DNA of 51,798 bases from Nitrospiraceae bacterium. GTDB lineage: Bacteria; Nitrospirota; Nitrospiria; Nitrospirales; Nitrospiraceae. The stretch lies in the NCBI GenBank assembly GCA_037442105.1, contig JBBIQV010000019.1, positions 1 to 51,798 on the forward strand. The letters are read 5' to 3'. A program made the translations under genes and the position numbers. The notes beneath the pieces were generated by a model. It was not told the origin of the DNA and made no database searches. It saw only the letters and a program-made list of their open reading frames with translations. Within the stretch, counting starts at the first letter, position 1. Each line of letters starts with the position of its first letter. Positions 10,157 to 20,008 of this stretch are shown here, piece after piece.

Positions 10157-11052
10157 CGCGAGCAAGCAAGTTGCCCCGCGCGAGCGTGGCCATCATTGGC
10201 GGCAGTGGGTTGTACGAGATGGAGGGGCTTCGGCAAGTGAAGGAGGTGCGCCTGCGCACGCCCTTCGGGGCTCCGTCTGATGCAGTCGTCGTCGGGTCCC
10301 TCGAAGGGGTGCCGGTAGCGTTTCTGGCGCGCCACGGTCGAGGGCACCGGATCAATCCCAGTGAAATCAACTACCGGGCCAATATCTATGCGTTGAAGGC
10401 GCTCGGCGTGCGGCGGGTGATTTCCATCAGCGCGGTCGGCAGCATGAAAGAATCGATCAAGCCGGGCCATCTGATGCTGCCAGATCAATTCATCGATCTG
10501 ACAAAGCGGCGGCCTTCGACCTTCTTCGAAGGAGGTGTCGTCGCGCATGTTGCCTTTGCGGACCCGGTATGCCGGTCTCTCGCCGATGCGTTGGCCACAT
10601 CAGCCGGCTCGATAGGAGCGATGCTCCATCGGGGGGGGACTTACCTGTGCATCGAAGGTCCGCAGTTTTCCTCGCGCGGCGAATCGGTGCTCTATCGGCA
10701 GTGGGGCGTCGATGTCATCGGGATGACCAATATGCCCGAAGCCAAGCTGGCGCGCGAGGCGGAACTCTGCTACGCGACAGTGGCGCTCGCCACCGATTAC
10801 GATTGCTGGCATGAAACGGAGGAATCGGTTACGGTGGAAGCGATCCTGGCGACGCTACACCAGAATGTGGCGCTCGCCAAGCGACTTTTGCGGCAGGCGA
10901 TTCCGGTTATGGTCCAACGTGGCGGCTGCGTCTGCGGGCAGGCTCTGCGAGACGCCATTGTGACTGCTCCTCATTGTGTGTCGAAGGCGGCCAGGAAGCG
11001 GCTGGGCCTGCTTATCGATGGCTATCTCAAGACGGCGAAAGGGACACGGTGA
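10153..11052 (+). CDS. mtnP: S-methyl-5'-thioadenosine phosphorylase
   Basis: IIGGSGLY, ARHGRGH, INYRANI, EGPQFS, GMTNMPEAKLAREA, TDYDCW. Confidence 0.92.
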   Translation: MTRASKLPRASVAIIGGSGLYEMEGLRQVKEVRLRTPFGAPSDAVVVGSLEGVPVAFLARHGRGHRINPSEINYRANIYALKALGVRRVISISAVGSMKESIKPGHLMLPDQFIDLTKRRPSTFFEGGVVAHVAFADPVCRSLADALATSAGSIGAMLHRGGTYLCIEGPQFSSRGESVLYRQWGVDVIGMTNMPEAKLAREAELCYATVALATDYDCWHETEESVTVEAILATLHQNVALAKRLLRQAIPVMVQRGGCVCGQALRDAIVTAPHCVSKAARKRLGLLIDGYLKTAKGTR

Positions 11053-11055
11053 TCT

Positions 11056-11967
11056 ATGGGGAAATTGCTCGTTGTCGGGTCGGTCGCGCTGGATACGGTG
11101 AAAACGCCGTTTGGCGAAGTTGCCGAAGTCCTAGGCGGGTCGGCCACCTATTTCTCCACGGCTGCCAGCTATTTCACGACGGTCGACTTGATCGCCGTGG
11201 TCGGCCACGATTTTCCGGAGCAGCATATTGCGTTCTTGAAGAGCCGCAAAATCGACCTCACGGGACTTGAACGGCGACCCGGCTCCACGTTTCGCTGGAA
11301 GGGTGAATACACGCACCAACTGAATGAAGCACATACGCTGGATACGCGGTTGAACGTGTTCGAGACCTTTCGTCCCAAGATTCCGGAAGAATATCGCACG
11401 CCTGACGTGTTGTTTCTGGGCAACATTGATCCTGAATTGCAGTTGGATGTGCTGCGGCAAGTTACACGTCCCTCGATTGTGGCCTGCGATACGATGAACT
11501 TCTGGATTTCCAGCAAGCGCGACGCTTTGTGGAAGGTGTTGGAGCATATCGACATCTTGATCATCAATGACGGTGAAGCCCGGGCGTTGGGCGGTGATCC
11601 CAACCTCGTCAAGGTGGCGAGGACCATTCTGGCGCGAGGCCCGAAGCATCTGGTGATCAAACGTGGCGAATACGGCGTGCTCATGTTCACGGAGAAACAG
11701 ATCTTCGGGGCGCCCGCGTTTCCTCTCGAAGAGGTGCGCGATCCGACGGGGGCGGGAGACACGTTTGCCGGCGGATTTCTCGGCTATCTGGCCGCGACGG
11801 GCAACCGTTCGCCGGACGCGATTCGCCAGGCGATTATCTTCGGAAGCGTGATGGCCTCATTCACCGTTGAAGCCTTTAGCCTTGACCGCTTGCGAATCCT
11901 GGATTACAAAGAGATTCAGGAACGGTTCAGAGCCTTCAAGCGATTGACCCATTTCGAGGAGTTGTGA
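11056..11967 (+). CDS. PfkB family carbohydrate/nucleoside kinase
   Basis: GGSATYF and the PfkB signature DPTGAGDTFAGG. Confidence 0.88.
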   Translation: MGKLLVVGSVALDTVKTPFGEVAEVLGGSATYFSTAASYFTTVDLIAVVGHDFPEQHIAFLKSRKIDLTGLERRPGSTFRWKGEYTHQLNEAHTLDTRLNVFETFRPKIPEEYRTPDVLFLGNIDPELQLDVLRQVTRPSIVACDTMNFWISSKRDALWKVLEHIDILIINDGEARALGGDPNLVKVARTILARGPKHLVIKRGEYGVLMFTEKQIFGAPAFPLEEVRDPTGAGDTFAGGFLGYLAATGNRSPDAIRQAIIFGSVMASFTVEAFSLDRLRILDYKEIQERFRAFKRLTHFEEL

Positions 11968-12671
11968 TGCCTTGGAGTAAAACATCCTCTTTGTGCAACG
12001 CTGCGCGAAGCCGGCCGCGGGAGATTCTTGCCGCGTTGGTCATGAGCGGGGTAATCCTTGGAGGGGGCGGTTGCGCGAGCGAGGAGTCGATCAAACGGTC
12101 GAACGGCTACTACCAGGAAGGGGTGGCGAGTCTCAACACCGATCGGCAGAAGGCGTTCGTGTCTTTTCAGAAGGCGGTTCAATCGAATCCCGATAACAAG
12201 GATGCGCGGTACGGTTTGGGGCATATCTATGCCCAGCAGGGAAAATTCAAGCAGGCGGAAGAGGAGTTTCGCGAAGCGATCCGGGTCAGCCCTGATTATT
12301 CGGAAGCACATACCTACCTCGGCCAGGTGCTCGCCGGTCAGGAACGTTGGACAGAGGCGATCGCGGAATACCGGCAGGCGCTGGCAAATCCGATGTACGG
12401 CACGCCCGATCTTGCCCGGTTTCATCTCGGACGCGCTCTGATGCGTGAGGGGGATGTGCAGGCCGCAGTCGAAGTGTTTGAGGATGCCTTGAACGTCAGC
12501 CCCCCATCCGTGCCGCCGGCGCTCTTGCATCTCGAATTGGGACGGGCGTTTCTCAACTTGGGATTTGAACGACGGGCGCGTGAAGAACTCACGAAGGTCT
12601 CGAGCTTAGACAAAGGAGGGCAGTACGGTGCCGAAGCGGACCAGCTCCTGCAGCGGCACAAATTGTACTGA
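11964..12671 (+). CDS. TPR lipoprotein, PilF/PilW-like
   Basis: Lipoprotein Cys (GGGC), TPRs, ALANPMYGTP motif, directly upstream of rodZ. Confidence 0.7.
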   Translation: MMPWSKTSSLCNAARSRPREILAALVMSGVILGGGGCASEESIKRSNGYYQEGVASLNTDRQKAFVSFQKAVQSNPDNKDARYGLGHIYAQQGKFKQAEEEFREAIRVSPDYSEAHTYLGQVLAGQERWTEAIAEYRQALANPMYGTPDLARFHLGRALMREGDVQAAVEVFEDALNVSPPSVPPALLHLELGRAFLNLGFERRAREELTKVSSLDKGGQYGAEADQLLQRHKLY

Positions 12672-12677
12672 CGACTT

Positions 12678-13613
12678 ATGGAATCGGTTGGAGAATTTTT
12701 TCGCCAAGTGCGGGAGACCAAGGGGCTCACGATTGACGAGGTGGCTTCGAAAACACGCATTCGCTCGGATTTTGTGAAAGCGCTTGAAGAGGGGAACTTC
12801 GCCAAGTTGCCGGATCAGGTGTTTGCCAGAGGGTTTGTCCGTTCCTACGCACGCTCGTTGGGGCTGGACGAAGAAGATGCGATCCACCGCTTTGTGCAGT
12901 CGGCCGGCGCATTCTACGACAAGCAAGAAGAACGAGAACGGCTGAAGGTTAGGCAAGCGGAAGAGGATCGGCGGAGGAAAGCCAATCGCAAGGCTGTCGG
13001 GGTGGCCATCGGCGTCGCTGTGGTGACGCTGGTCGTACTGCTTAGCCGCGAACAGTCATCCGTGGTGATCCGCCGGGCGGACTCCGATGCTCCGCCTACC
13101 GCGACGAAGAAAGTGCCCCCTCAACCGAAAGATGAGCGGGACAGGCCTCCTCCGGCGCAGGTACCTCCCTTGTCGGCTACTGCGCCGAGCGGCAAGTCAG
13201 ACGAACAGGCGAAGGGCCAAAGCAGCAGCGAAGGTTCTGGTACCACGGCGGATGCCGGTGCTCCTGTAGGCGAAGGAGCTGCAACAGCCGAACCGGAGGC
13301 AGCATCGGTTCCAGCGATCGGGGCGGAAGGACCCTTGGCCGGTTTGTCGCTTGGCAGCGCTGTGGGAGGGGATGGTTCGTTGGTGCTCGATCTGGAAGCT
13401 ACGGAACTCAGTTGGGTCGTCGTGCAAACCGATGGCGGAAGTCCCCAAGAGGCGCTGCTCCGTCCAGGTGAGAAGGCTCGTTGGAAGGCGCAGGACCAAT
13501 TCACCCTCACGCTCGGGAATGCCGGTGGAGTGCGGGCGGAACTGAACGGCAAGCCTCAGAAACCTTTCGGCCCGAGCGGGAAGGTTGCTCGCGATATTGT
13601 GTTGAAGCGGTAA
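12678..13613 (+). CDS. rodZ: Cell shape protein RodZ-like (HTH, TM helix, DUF4115-type domain)
   Basis: HTH with RGFVRSYARSLGLD, single TM helix, C-terminal LTLGNAGGV. Confidence 0.85.
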   Translation: MESVGEFFRQVRETKGLTIDEVASKTRIRSDFVKALEEGNFAKLPDQVFARGFVRSYARSLGLDEEDAIHRFVQSAGAFYDKQEERERLKVRQAEEDRRRKANRKAVGVAIGVAVVTLVVLLSREQSSVVIRRADSDAPPTATKKVPPQPKDERDRPPPAQVPPLSATAPSGKSDEQAKGQSSSEGSGTTADAGAPVGEGAATAEPEAASVPAIGAEGPLAGLSLGSAVGGDGSLVLDLEATELSWVVVQTDGGSPQEALLRPGEKARWKAQDQFTLTLGNAGGVRAELNGKPQKPFGPSGKVARDIVLKR

Positions 13614-13901
13614 CGTTTGACCCGTCTTCATGCAACCCCCCGAGTCGAAGCAATGATGTTCCTCAGTTGATTCTGTCTTGTGGAGTGAGGCGTCTCGGAT
13701 TGGCCTGAGGCGCAAAGGCGTCATGGCGACCGGTGTGCTGTTGCGGATCAGCCGATCGGGGCCACGTAACCACTTGCGAATGCGAACATTCCATCATGTC
13801 TTCTGCTGGCATGAGCTTTGAGTGAGCTGGTGGTGGGGAAATCGACGGATCCGGCAGCGTGATACAGAGTCGTGCCTGGAACGAAAACAAGTGTGTTTGC
13901 C

Positions 13902-13931
13902 TTGACAAGTCGAGAAACGCATTGCTATAGT
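13902..13931 (+). promoter_or_regulatory. Strong sigma70-type promoter for the cytochrome c gene
   Basis: TTGACA (13902), 18-nt spacer, TGc-TATAGT (13926). Confidence 0.75.
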
Positions 13932-13954
13932 TCCGCCGTTTTTGCCGGAGAATG

Positions 13955-13992
13955 AAAAGGAGAAGAAAAAGAAGAAGAAAAAGAAGAAGAAA
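13955..13992 (+). repeat. Purine-only AAG/AAA tract (12-nt unit AAGAAGAAGAAA) in the 5' leader
   Basis: aaaaggagaagaaaaagaagaagaaaaagaagaagaaa in a GC-rich genome. Confidence 0.9.
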
Positions 13993-14068
13993 TTGTTCTC
14001 TAGTCAGCGGCCTCGTGCCGAGGCGTTGTCTTAACTGCAGTGGGTTTCAACACAAAGGAGGAGTTGTG

Positions 14069-14515
14069 ATGGGGTATTTTTCTAAGTCTTTTGGCGTGTG
14101 TGCGGCACTGATGTTGGTCTCAGCCACTATGGTTGGGGCTGAGGAGCGGGATCCACTGAAGCCCCGCGTTCCTGCGGACCAGATTGCCGATGCCAAGCAA
14201 ACGAAGAACCCGGTTCCTGCCACCCCGGAAAACATTGCGAAAGGCAAAGCGCTGTTCGAGGGAAAGGGCACCTGCTTCAATTGCCACGGCAAGGAGGGGA
14301 AGGGTGACGGGCCGGCCGGTGCAATCTTGAACCCGAGCCCTCGGAACTTCACCAATTGCAAGTTCCACAAGAAGCGGAAGGACGGCGAACTCTTCTGGGT
14401 GATCAAGAACGGCAGCCCGGGTACCGGCATGGTGTCCCTGATTCCGGCCGCGATCACGGAAGAAGAGGCCTGGACCATCATCAACTACGAGCGGAGCTTC
14501 TGCAAGGGCGAGTAA
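14069..14515 (+). CDS. Periplasmic monoheme c-type cytochrome
   Basis: Strong SD AAAGGAGG, signal peptide, CFNCH heme motif, GSPGTGM distal Met region. Confidence 0.9.
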   Translation: MGYFSKSFGVCAALMLVSATMVGAEERDPLKPRVPADQIADAKQTKNPVPATPENIAKGKALFEGKGTCFNCHGKEGKGDGPAGAILNPSPRNFTNCKFHKKRKDGELFWVIKNGSPGTGMVSLIPAAITEEEAWTIINYERSFCKGE

Positions 14516-14546
14516 GACGGGCGCTACTCTCAATGGTGCAAACCGG

Positions 14547-14586
14547 AAGCGGGGAGGGGGAGGACGCCCCCTCCCCGCTTTGTTTT
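14547..14586 (+). terminator. Rho-independent terminator
   Basis: AAGCGGGGAGGGGG / CCCCCTCCCCGCTT stem followed by TGTTTT. Confidence 0.85.
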
Positions 14587-14651
14587 GGCGGCGGTTCTAT
14601 TTCATTCAGGGGCGCCGGAACTGGTGCGAAGCGGAATCGGGTTTGTGCGAG

Positions 14652-16562
14652 TTATGGAGCTGATGTGTCCTGGACGGTTGCCGGTTTGGCGAGGACCAGA
14701 TCGGCGATTTTGTCGGTCGCACGTAACGTGGGTGTGACGAGCGGCCGCTGTTCCTGATTGAAGGAACTCTTGGCGGCTGAAGGAATCTTCTGCTCGACAT
14801 AAGCGGCCAATTCCCCGACTGTGACCTCTCCGTTCCGGTTCATGTCCGCCTCACCGCGAAGGCCTCGAAGCAGATAATAGGTGAAGAGGCCATGCCGCAA
14901 TTTGTCGGATTCGACACCTTTCCCCAACCCGTTAAGTCCGACAAGGCGGACTTCTCCGCTGCTGGTGACGTTCCAGCGAGGCCTGGTCACTTTCGCCTTC
15001 GCATCGTTGCCGAGTTTCGCGACCACGCCATCAAAAATAAAGAGGGTGTGCCTGGCCTTGAGCCTGGCCAGGGCAGCATCGAAATCCTTCAAGGGATACA
15101 GCCTTGCGCTGTTAGCCGGGTTGCCGTCGTAGGGAACGAGGAACACTTCCCCGGACGGCGCTACCATGGCATGGCCGGCGAAGTAGATCAGGACCACGGA
15201 CTCGCCGGTAACCAACGGCGGCAGCCAATCAAGAAGGGCCTCCTCGATATCGGGCCGAAGGGCTTTCCAATCTTGGATCAGGCGGATGTTCTTCGCCGGC
15301 ACCCCGCCCAGGGATTGGACATAGGAGGCGATCATCTCGGCATCCAGCGCCGCGAATTTCCTGGCAGCGATGCGTTGGTCGCGATAGGCACTCAACCCGA
15401 TCGAGATCAAGTAGGTCTGTGGGCGGTGGAATCCACCCGCAGCGGTAGGGACGATGTCGACGTCATCGGATTTTGTCCCTGCCTGGCTGACCGCCGCCAC
15501 CAGCATTTGCGGCGGAACCGCGCTTACGCCTGGCGGGGTGCTGATAGACACCTGTATTTCTGCCCGCTGGGCCTGAACCGATTGCGGAAGGGTTGCGACA
15601 AACTCGATGTTTTTGGACTCTCCTGGTTGGAGCGGACCAATAGGGAGTGTCGTTGCCGGGAACTGGCTCAAGATCTCCGGGGCGCCGGCAATCGACGCCG
15701 AAGCGTTATGAACGGGGTTGCTTCCCGTGTTCGCGACGTCCACCCGCACGCGAATCCGTTCTCCCCCTTCCAGAATCAAATTGCTGTTTTCGTCGAGAAC
15801 CGTGGCTTTGAACGAGAGACTCGACAGCTTTGCTTTCCCTCCGGAAGCAGTAGAGGGAATTGGTGAGGGCGTTGGGGCCTGGGTTATGGCTTGCTGTGCG
15901 GGGCCCGTCGGCGCGGTGGCGGCGCTGGCTCCGAACTGATGTCGCGCCTCGACCATGAATTTTCTTGCCAGATCCGCGGCTGTGTCCCCGGCAAACGCGT
16001 CGATGGTGGCGTAGGCGCAGCGCAATTGGGTCGTTTCCACCATCAGTCGCTCTTGACGTGTTGCTTGGATGGGAACCTCGCGGAGCAGAGTCCCTGAGAG
16101 GTCGCGAAACTCTGCCAGTGCGTCCAATGACAGTTCCGCAGGCGGACGGTCGTAGAGCGCATCGTTGAGGATCTTCAGCCTTGGTTCGAGGAGGCGGATG
16201 TGTACGATGACATCCGGCTTCGCTTCCGACGTGGCGGTGCTGCTCCCGGAGACCATGGTGAACGTCTGATGCGCGGCTTGGAGTAAGGTGTCCTCAAGAA
16301 TCGATCCGATCGGGAGTTCCATCATATGGTTGCAGGCATCGACGTAGTTCACCTTTGCCTTGGTCAGGGAGGGGTCGAATTCCATTCGGGCGGAGACCGG
16401 AAGGGGGGGGCCGAGGTTTGGGAGCTCTACCCGGCTAAAACGGGCTTTGATGGGTTCACATCCGACAGACAGGGTGACCAGCACAACACACAGGAGCCCA
16501 TAAAGGCTTTGCTGCGTCAGGTGCCGTGCAGAATGAGAAATCCTGTGCTGTTGGTTCCACAT
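14652..16562 (-). CDS. Lipoprotein with an Ig/CARDB-like domain and a C-terminal caspase-like (peptidase C14) domain
   Basis: Lipobox SVGC; IYFAGH, HGLFTYYLLRGLRGEADMNRNGEVTVGEL and QEQRP are typical of bacterial caspase-like domains. Confidence 0.75.
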   Translation of the reverse strand: MWNQQHRISHSARHLTQQSLYGLLCVVLVTLSVGCEPIKARFSRVELPNLGPPLPVSARMEFDPSLTKAKVNYVDACNHMMELPIGSILEDTLLQAAHQTFTMVSGSSTATSEAKPDVIVHIRLLEPRLKILNDALYDRPPAELSLDALAEFRDLSGTLLREVPIQATRQERLMVETTQLRCAYATIDAFAGDTAADLARKFMVEARHQFGASAATAPTGPAQQAITQAPTPSPIPSTASGGKAKLSSLSFKATVLDENSNLILEGGERIRVRVDVANTGSNPVHNASASIAGAPEILSQFPATTLPIGPLQPGESKNIEFVATLPQSVQAQRAEIQVSISTPPGVSAVPPQMLVAAVSQAGTKSDDVDIVPTAAGGFHRPQTYLISIGLSAYRDQRIAARKFAALDAEMIASYVQSLGGVPAKNIRLIQDWKALRPDIEEALLDWLPPLVTGESVVLIYFAGHAMVAPSGEVFLVPYDGNPANSARLYPLKDFDAALARLKARHTLFIFDGVVAKLGNDAKAKVTRPRWNVTSSGEVRLVGLNGLGKGVESDKLRHGLFTYYLLRGLRGEADMNRNGEVTVGELAAYVEQKIPSAAKSSFNQEQRPLVTPTLRATDKIADLVLAKPATVQDTSAP

Positions 16563-16732
16563 CGAGATGGAATGCGGCGACTTGTTCTGGAGAACGGAGA
16601 CCTGGTCGAACCGTACCCGAAACGTCTGTAGAATGCAACTTGGTTACCCTCACCTTGCCATGCCGGACCGGCTTCACTATCCTATGCGCCTATGCGCGCG
16701 CCTGAGTGTTCAGGCGTGCGGGGTACTCGGTT

Positions 16733-18457
16733 ATGCTCGTACTTGGCCTGTCCAACATGCGGGATGCGGCGGCGGCGCTTGTGGAAAACGGGCGTGTACT
16801 GGCTGCTGCGGAGGAGGAACGGTTCGTCCGGATCAAGCACGTCACAGCCTTGCCGATCCAGGCGATTCGGGCTTGCCTTGCCGAAGCCGGCGCGAGACTC
16901 GATGATGTGGACGCAATCGCGGTGCCGTGGAAATATTGGGTGTTAGGCCGGCGCGGTTTTCTGGCTCTTGCGTCCATGACGCGTTCCCCGCGGCTCTTTC
17001 TTGTCAAAGGGCGGCGTAGTATCGATCGATTGAGCCGGGAGTGGGCCGAACTCTTGTTCCTGAACCGGCGCCTCACCCAGCACCTAGGGCTCCTCCGAAC
17101 CAAACCTGTTTTTCTCGACCATCATTTGTGCCACGCCGCGAGTAGCTATCTGCTATCACCCTTCGAACGTGCCGCCGTACTTGTTGTCGATGGCGCCTCC
17201 GAAGCGCACACGACCATGCTAGGAATTGCGGACGGACAGGTTATTCGTGCCCTCAGCCGTATCGACTTGCCCCATTCACTGGGGCAATTTTACGCGGCCA
17301 TCACCTCCTATCTGGGATTCAAGCCCGATCACGACGAATACATCGTGATGGGTCTGTCGGCATATGGCGAACCGACTTACGCACGAGCGATCCGAGACCA
17401 TCTCTTATCCTGTCAGTCCGATGGAAGTTTCCGGCTGAATACCAGACTGCTCGATTTCCATCTGGCTCGTGTGAAGATCTTTACCGGGGAGTTCGTGCGG
17501 CTGTTCGGACCCAGCCGCCATCCCGAAGAAGAGATCACGCAGCGGCACAAGGATCTCGCGGCCAGCGCCCAACTTATCCTTGAAGAAACGCTGCTCCATC
17601 TCGGTCGGGCACTCTTCCGGCTGACGAAGGCCAAACACCTGTGCATGGCCGGTGGAGTCGCTTATAACTGCGTCGCAAACAGCCGGCTCCGCCGCGAGCT
17701 GGAATTTGAGCAGGTGTTCGTGCAACCGGCGGCAGGAGACTCAGGGGCCGCGCTCGGTGCGGCCCTGTGGCTGACGGCTCGGCGAGGAGCCCTCACGAAT
17801 CGGGAGGTTATGCGGACCGCTGCTTGGGGGCCTCAGTACGACGTCGATGAATGTAAGCAGGCATTGCGGCAGGCCGCTCTGGCCGGCGAGGAATTGCCGG
17901 AGGAGGAGCTGTGTGGGCGGGTGGCTGGTGAATTGGCGAAGGGACGGTTGGTCTTCTGGTTCCAGGGGCGGATGGAGTGGGGTCCCCGCGCCTTGGGTAA
18001 CCGCAGTCTTCTCGCCGACCCTCGCCGCGAGGACATGAGGGAATTGATCAATGCAAAGGTGAAGCTTCGGGAGCCCTTCCGTCCCTTTGCCCCGTCGGTG
18101 CTGGAAGAGCGAGCAGCCGAGTATTTCGACTGGCCTGAGCCGTCCCCTTTTATGCTCTTCACGGCGCCGGTCCGAGAGACGGCCAAGGGTGTGATCCCGG
18201 CTGTGACCCATGTGGATGGGACAGCCCGCGTGCAGACGGTGGACAGAAAGTCAAACCCCCGTTTCAGGAAGTTGCTCGAGGCCTTCGAGAAAAAGACCGG
18301 CGTGCCGGTGTTGCTTAACACGTCGTTCAACGTCAGCGAGCCGATCGTCTGCACTCCGGACGAAGCGATCCGGTGTTTTCTCCGCACGCAGGTTGAATGG
18401 CTGGTCCTCGGCAATCTGCTGGTGGGACGCCCGACAGCCGTGAGGCGTGAAACGTGA
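16733..18457 (+). CDS. NodU/CmcH family O-carbamoyltransferase
   Basis: AAEEERFVRIKH, HHLCHAAS, AGGVAYN, EWGPRALGNRS, KLREPFRPFAP, HVDGTARVQ, LLNTSFN. Confidence 0.92.
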   Translation: MLVLGLSNMRDAAAALVENGRVLAAAEEERFVRIKHVTALPIQAIRACLAEAGARLDDVDAIAVPWKYWVLGRRGFLALASMTRSPRLFLVKGRRSIDRLSREWAELLFLNRRLTQHLGLLRTKPVFLDHHLCHAASSYLLSPFERAAVLVVDGASEAHTTMLGIADGQVIRALSRIDLPHSLGQFYAAITSYLGFKPDHDEYIVMGLSAYGEPTYARAIRDHLLSCQSDGSFRLNTRLLDFHLARVKIFTGEFVRLFGPSRHPEEEITQRHKDLAASAQLILEETLLHLGRALFRLTKAKHLCMAGGVAYNCVANSRLRRELEFEQVFVQPAAGDSGAALGAALWLTARRGALTNREVMRTAAWGPQYDVDECKQALRQAALAGEELPEEELCGRVAGELAKGRLVFWFQGRMEWGPRALGNRSLLADPRREDMRELINAKVKLREPFRPFAPSVLEERAAEYFDWPEPSPFMLFTAPVRETAKGVIPAVTHVDGTARVQTVDRKSNPRFRKLLEAFEKKTGVPVLLNTSFNVSEPIVCTPDEAIRCFLRTQVEWLVLGNLLVGRPTAVRRET

Positions 18458-19983
18458 GGGGTGAGGGGGCACCGCACGCCGGTTTCCCTGCGCTCGATGC
18501 GCTGCTCCTGCTCGTCGTTCTGAACTTCACCTTGCAACCGCTCACGGAGCCGGACTTCGGCTGGCATTTGCGAACCGGTCTCGATCTGCTCGCGCATGGC
18601 TGGCGGTTGCCGGCCACGGACCCTTACTCGCATACCATGCCGGATTGGCCCTGGGTCGAGCATGCGTGGCTCACCGATGTTCTACTGGGCTTGATCTACG
18701 AAGGTCTCGGTCCGGCGGGGGGCCTGGGAGTCATTCTTTTCTTTAGCGCCGTCATCACCGGAGCCTGTCTCGTCGCGAGCGGCGTGGCTCCAGTCGTTCG
18801 AGGACATCGACTCGCCGCGTGCGTCATTATTCTCTGGGTGGGGCTGCCCTTCCTCGGAGCACGCACGCAGATGGTCACACTGCTGGGTGTGGCGGCAGTG
18901 ATGTGGCTGTGCGAGGCGGCTTGGGCTGGCCGGGTCGCATACTTGTGGGGACTGCCGCCGTTGTTTCTTCTCTGGGCGAACCTGCACGGCGGATTCACGG
19001 CCGGGCTTGCGCTGCTCGGCTTGATTATCGCGGGTTCGACGGCGGTGCGCCTGCTCGCGTCCGTTCGGCCTGATTGGGAACGCCGGATTGATGAACCGAT
19101 CGTGAGCTGGGCGCTGATCCTACGCCTTTCCTTCGTGACAGGACTCGCAGGCTTGCTTACTCTGACCAACCCCTATGGCTATCGGCTCCATCAGGAAATC
19201 CTTGCTTCCCTAGCGGATCAACAGATGATCGAGTGGCTGCATGAGTGGCAGCCGGTTTCTTTGGCCTCTGTGGCGGGGAGATATTACACGACGTATCTCA
19301 TCGGGCTTGGCTTGGCGGTGGCCTGCTGGTATCGCCGGATCGAACCGGTTCGCTGGGCGGTACTGGTGTTCTTTCTTGTTACGTCACTCAGACACATGCG
19401 GAATATTCCGCTCTTTTTGCTCATCAGCCTGCCGCTCTGCGCGCAATTGATCGAGGCGGGGACTCGACAAGTCATAAGCCGGATTCCGTTCGCAGTGCGT
19501 TCCGTGAAATACTTGCTCTTGATCCTTGCAACCGGGGTTGCAGTGATTCTCGTCTTGCTCGGAACCGACCATCTCCAGAAGGTCCTGCTTGCCGGGCTGG
19601 AGCCGGCCACGTTCTTTCAAGGCACCCGGTATCCGATCGAAGCTGTTGAGTGGGTCCGGTCGCATCGAGATCGAGTCGGAACCAAACTCTGCAATGACTA
19701 TGGCCATGGGGGCTTTCTCTTATGGTGGCTGCCGGGCGAAAAAATCTTCATCGACGGCCGCATGCCGGCTTGGAAGATTGGAGATCGCCGGATATTCGAT
19801 GACTATGTCGCCTTGAACTACTGGGACCCGCCGGCGCTCGGCGTATTGAATAAGTATCAGGTAGACTGGATCTTGGCCGATCGAGGGAGTCCGCTGGAAG
19901 AGGCCATTTCATACGCCGAAAAGTGGCACCGGCTGTACGAAGATGCGAAGGTCAGAATCTATGTCAGAGAGGAAGGACCATGA
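18454..19983 (+). CDS. Polytopic membrane protein, probable GT-C-fold glycosyltransferase
   Basis: Many TM helices; EPDFGWHLRTG, LWANLHGGF, NPYG, EWQP, FIDGR motifs; overlaps the carbamoyltransferase stop. Confidence 0.6.
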   Translation: MRGEGAPHAGFPALDALLLLVVLNFTLQPLTEPDFGWHLRTGLDLLAHGWRLPATDPYSHTMPDWPWVEHAWLTDVLLGLIYEGLGPAGGLGVILFFSAVITGACLVASGVAPVVRGHRLAACVIILWVGLPFLGARTQMVTLLGVAAVMWLCEAAWAGRVAYLWGLPPLFLLWANLHGGFTAGLALLGLIIAGSTAVRLLASVRPDWERRIDEPIVSWALILRLSFVTGLAGLLTLTNPYGYRLHQEILASLADQQMIEWLHEWQPVSLASVAGRYYTTYLIGLGLAVACWYRRIEPVRWAVLVFFLVTSLRHMRNIPLFLLISLPLCAQLIEAGTRQVISRIPFAVRSVKYLLLILATGVAVILVLLGTDHLQKVLLAGLEPATFFQGTRYPIEAVEWVRSHRDRVGTKLCNDYGHGGFLLWWLPGEKIFIDGRMPAWKIGDRRIFDDYVALNYWDPPALGVLNKYQVDWILADRGSPLEEAISYAEKWHRLYEDAKVRIYVREEGP

Positions 19984-20008
19984 GCTCAGGCTCGGAAGTC
20001 ATCCTGTC

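Noticed and set aside
13807..13822. Sigma54 promoter TGGCATGAGCTTTGA
   Set aside because: The -12 element reads GA, not GC, and a strong sigma70 promoter lies just downstream
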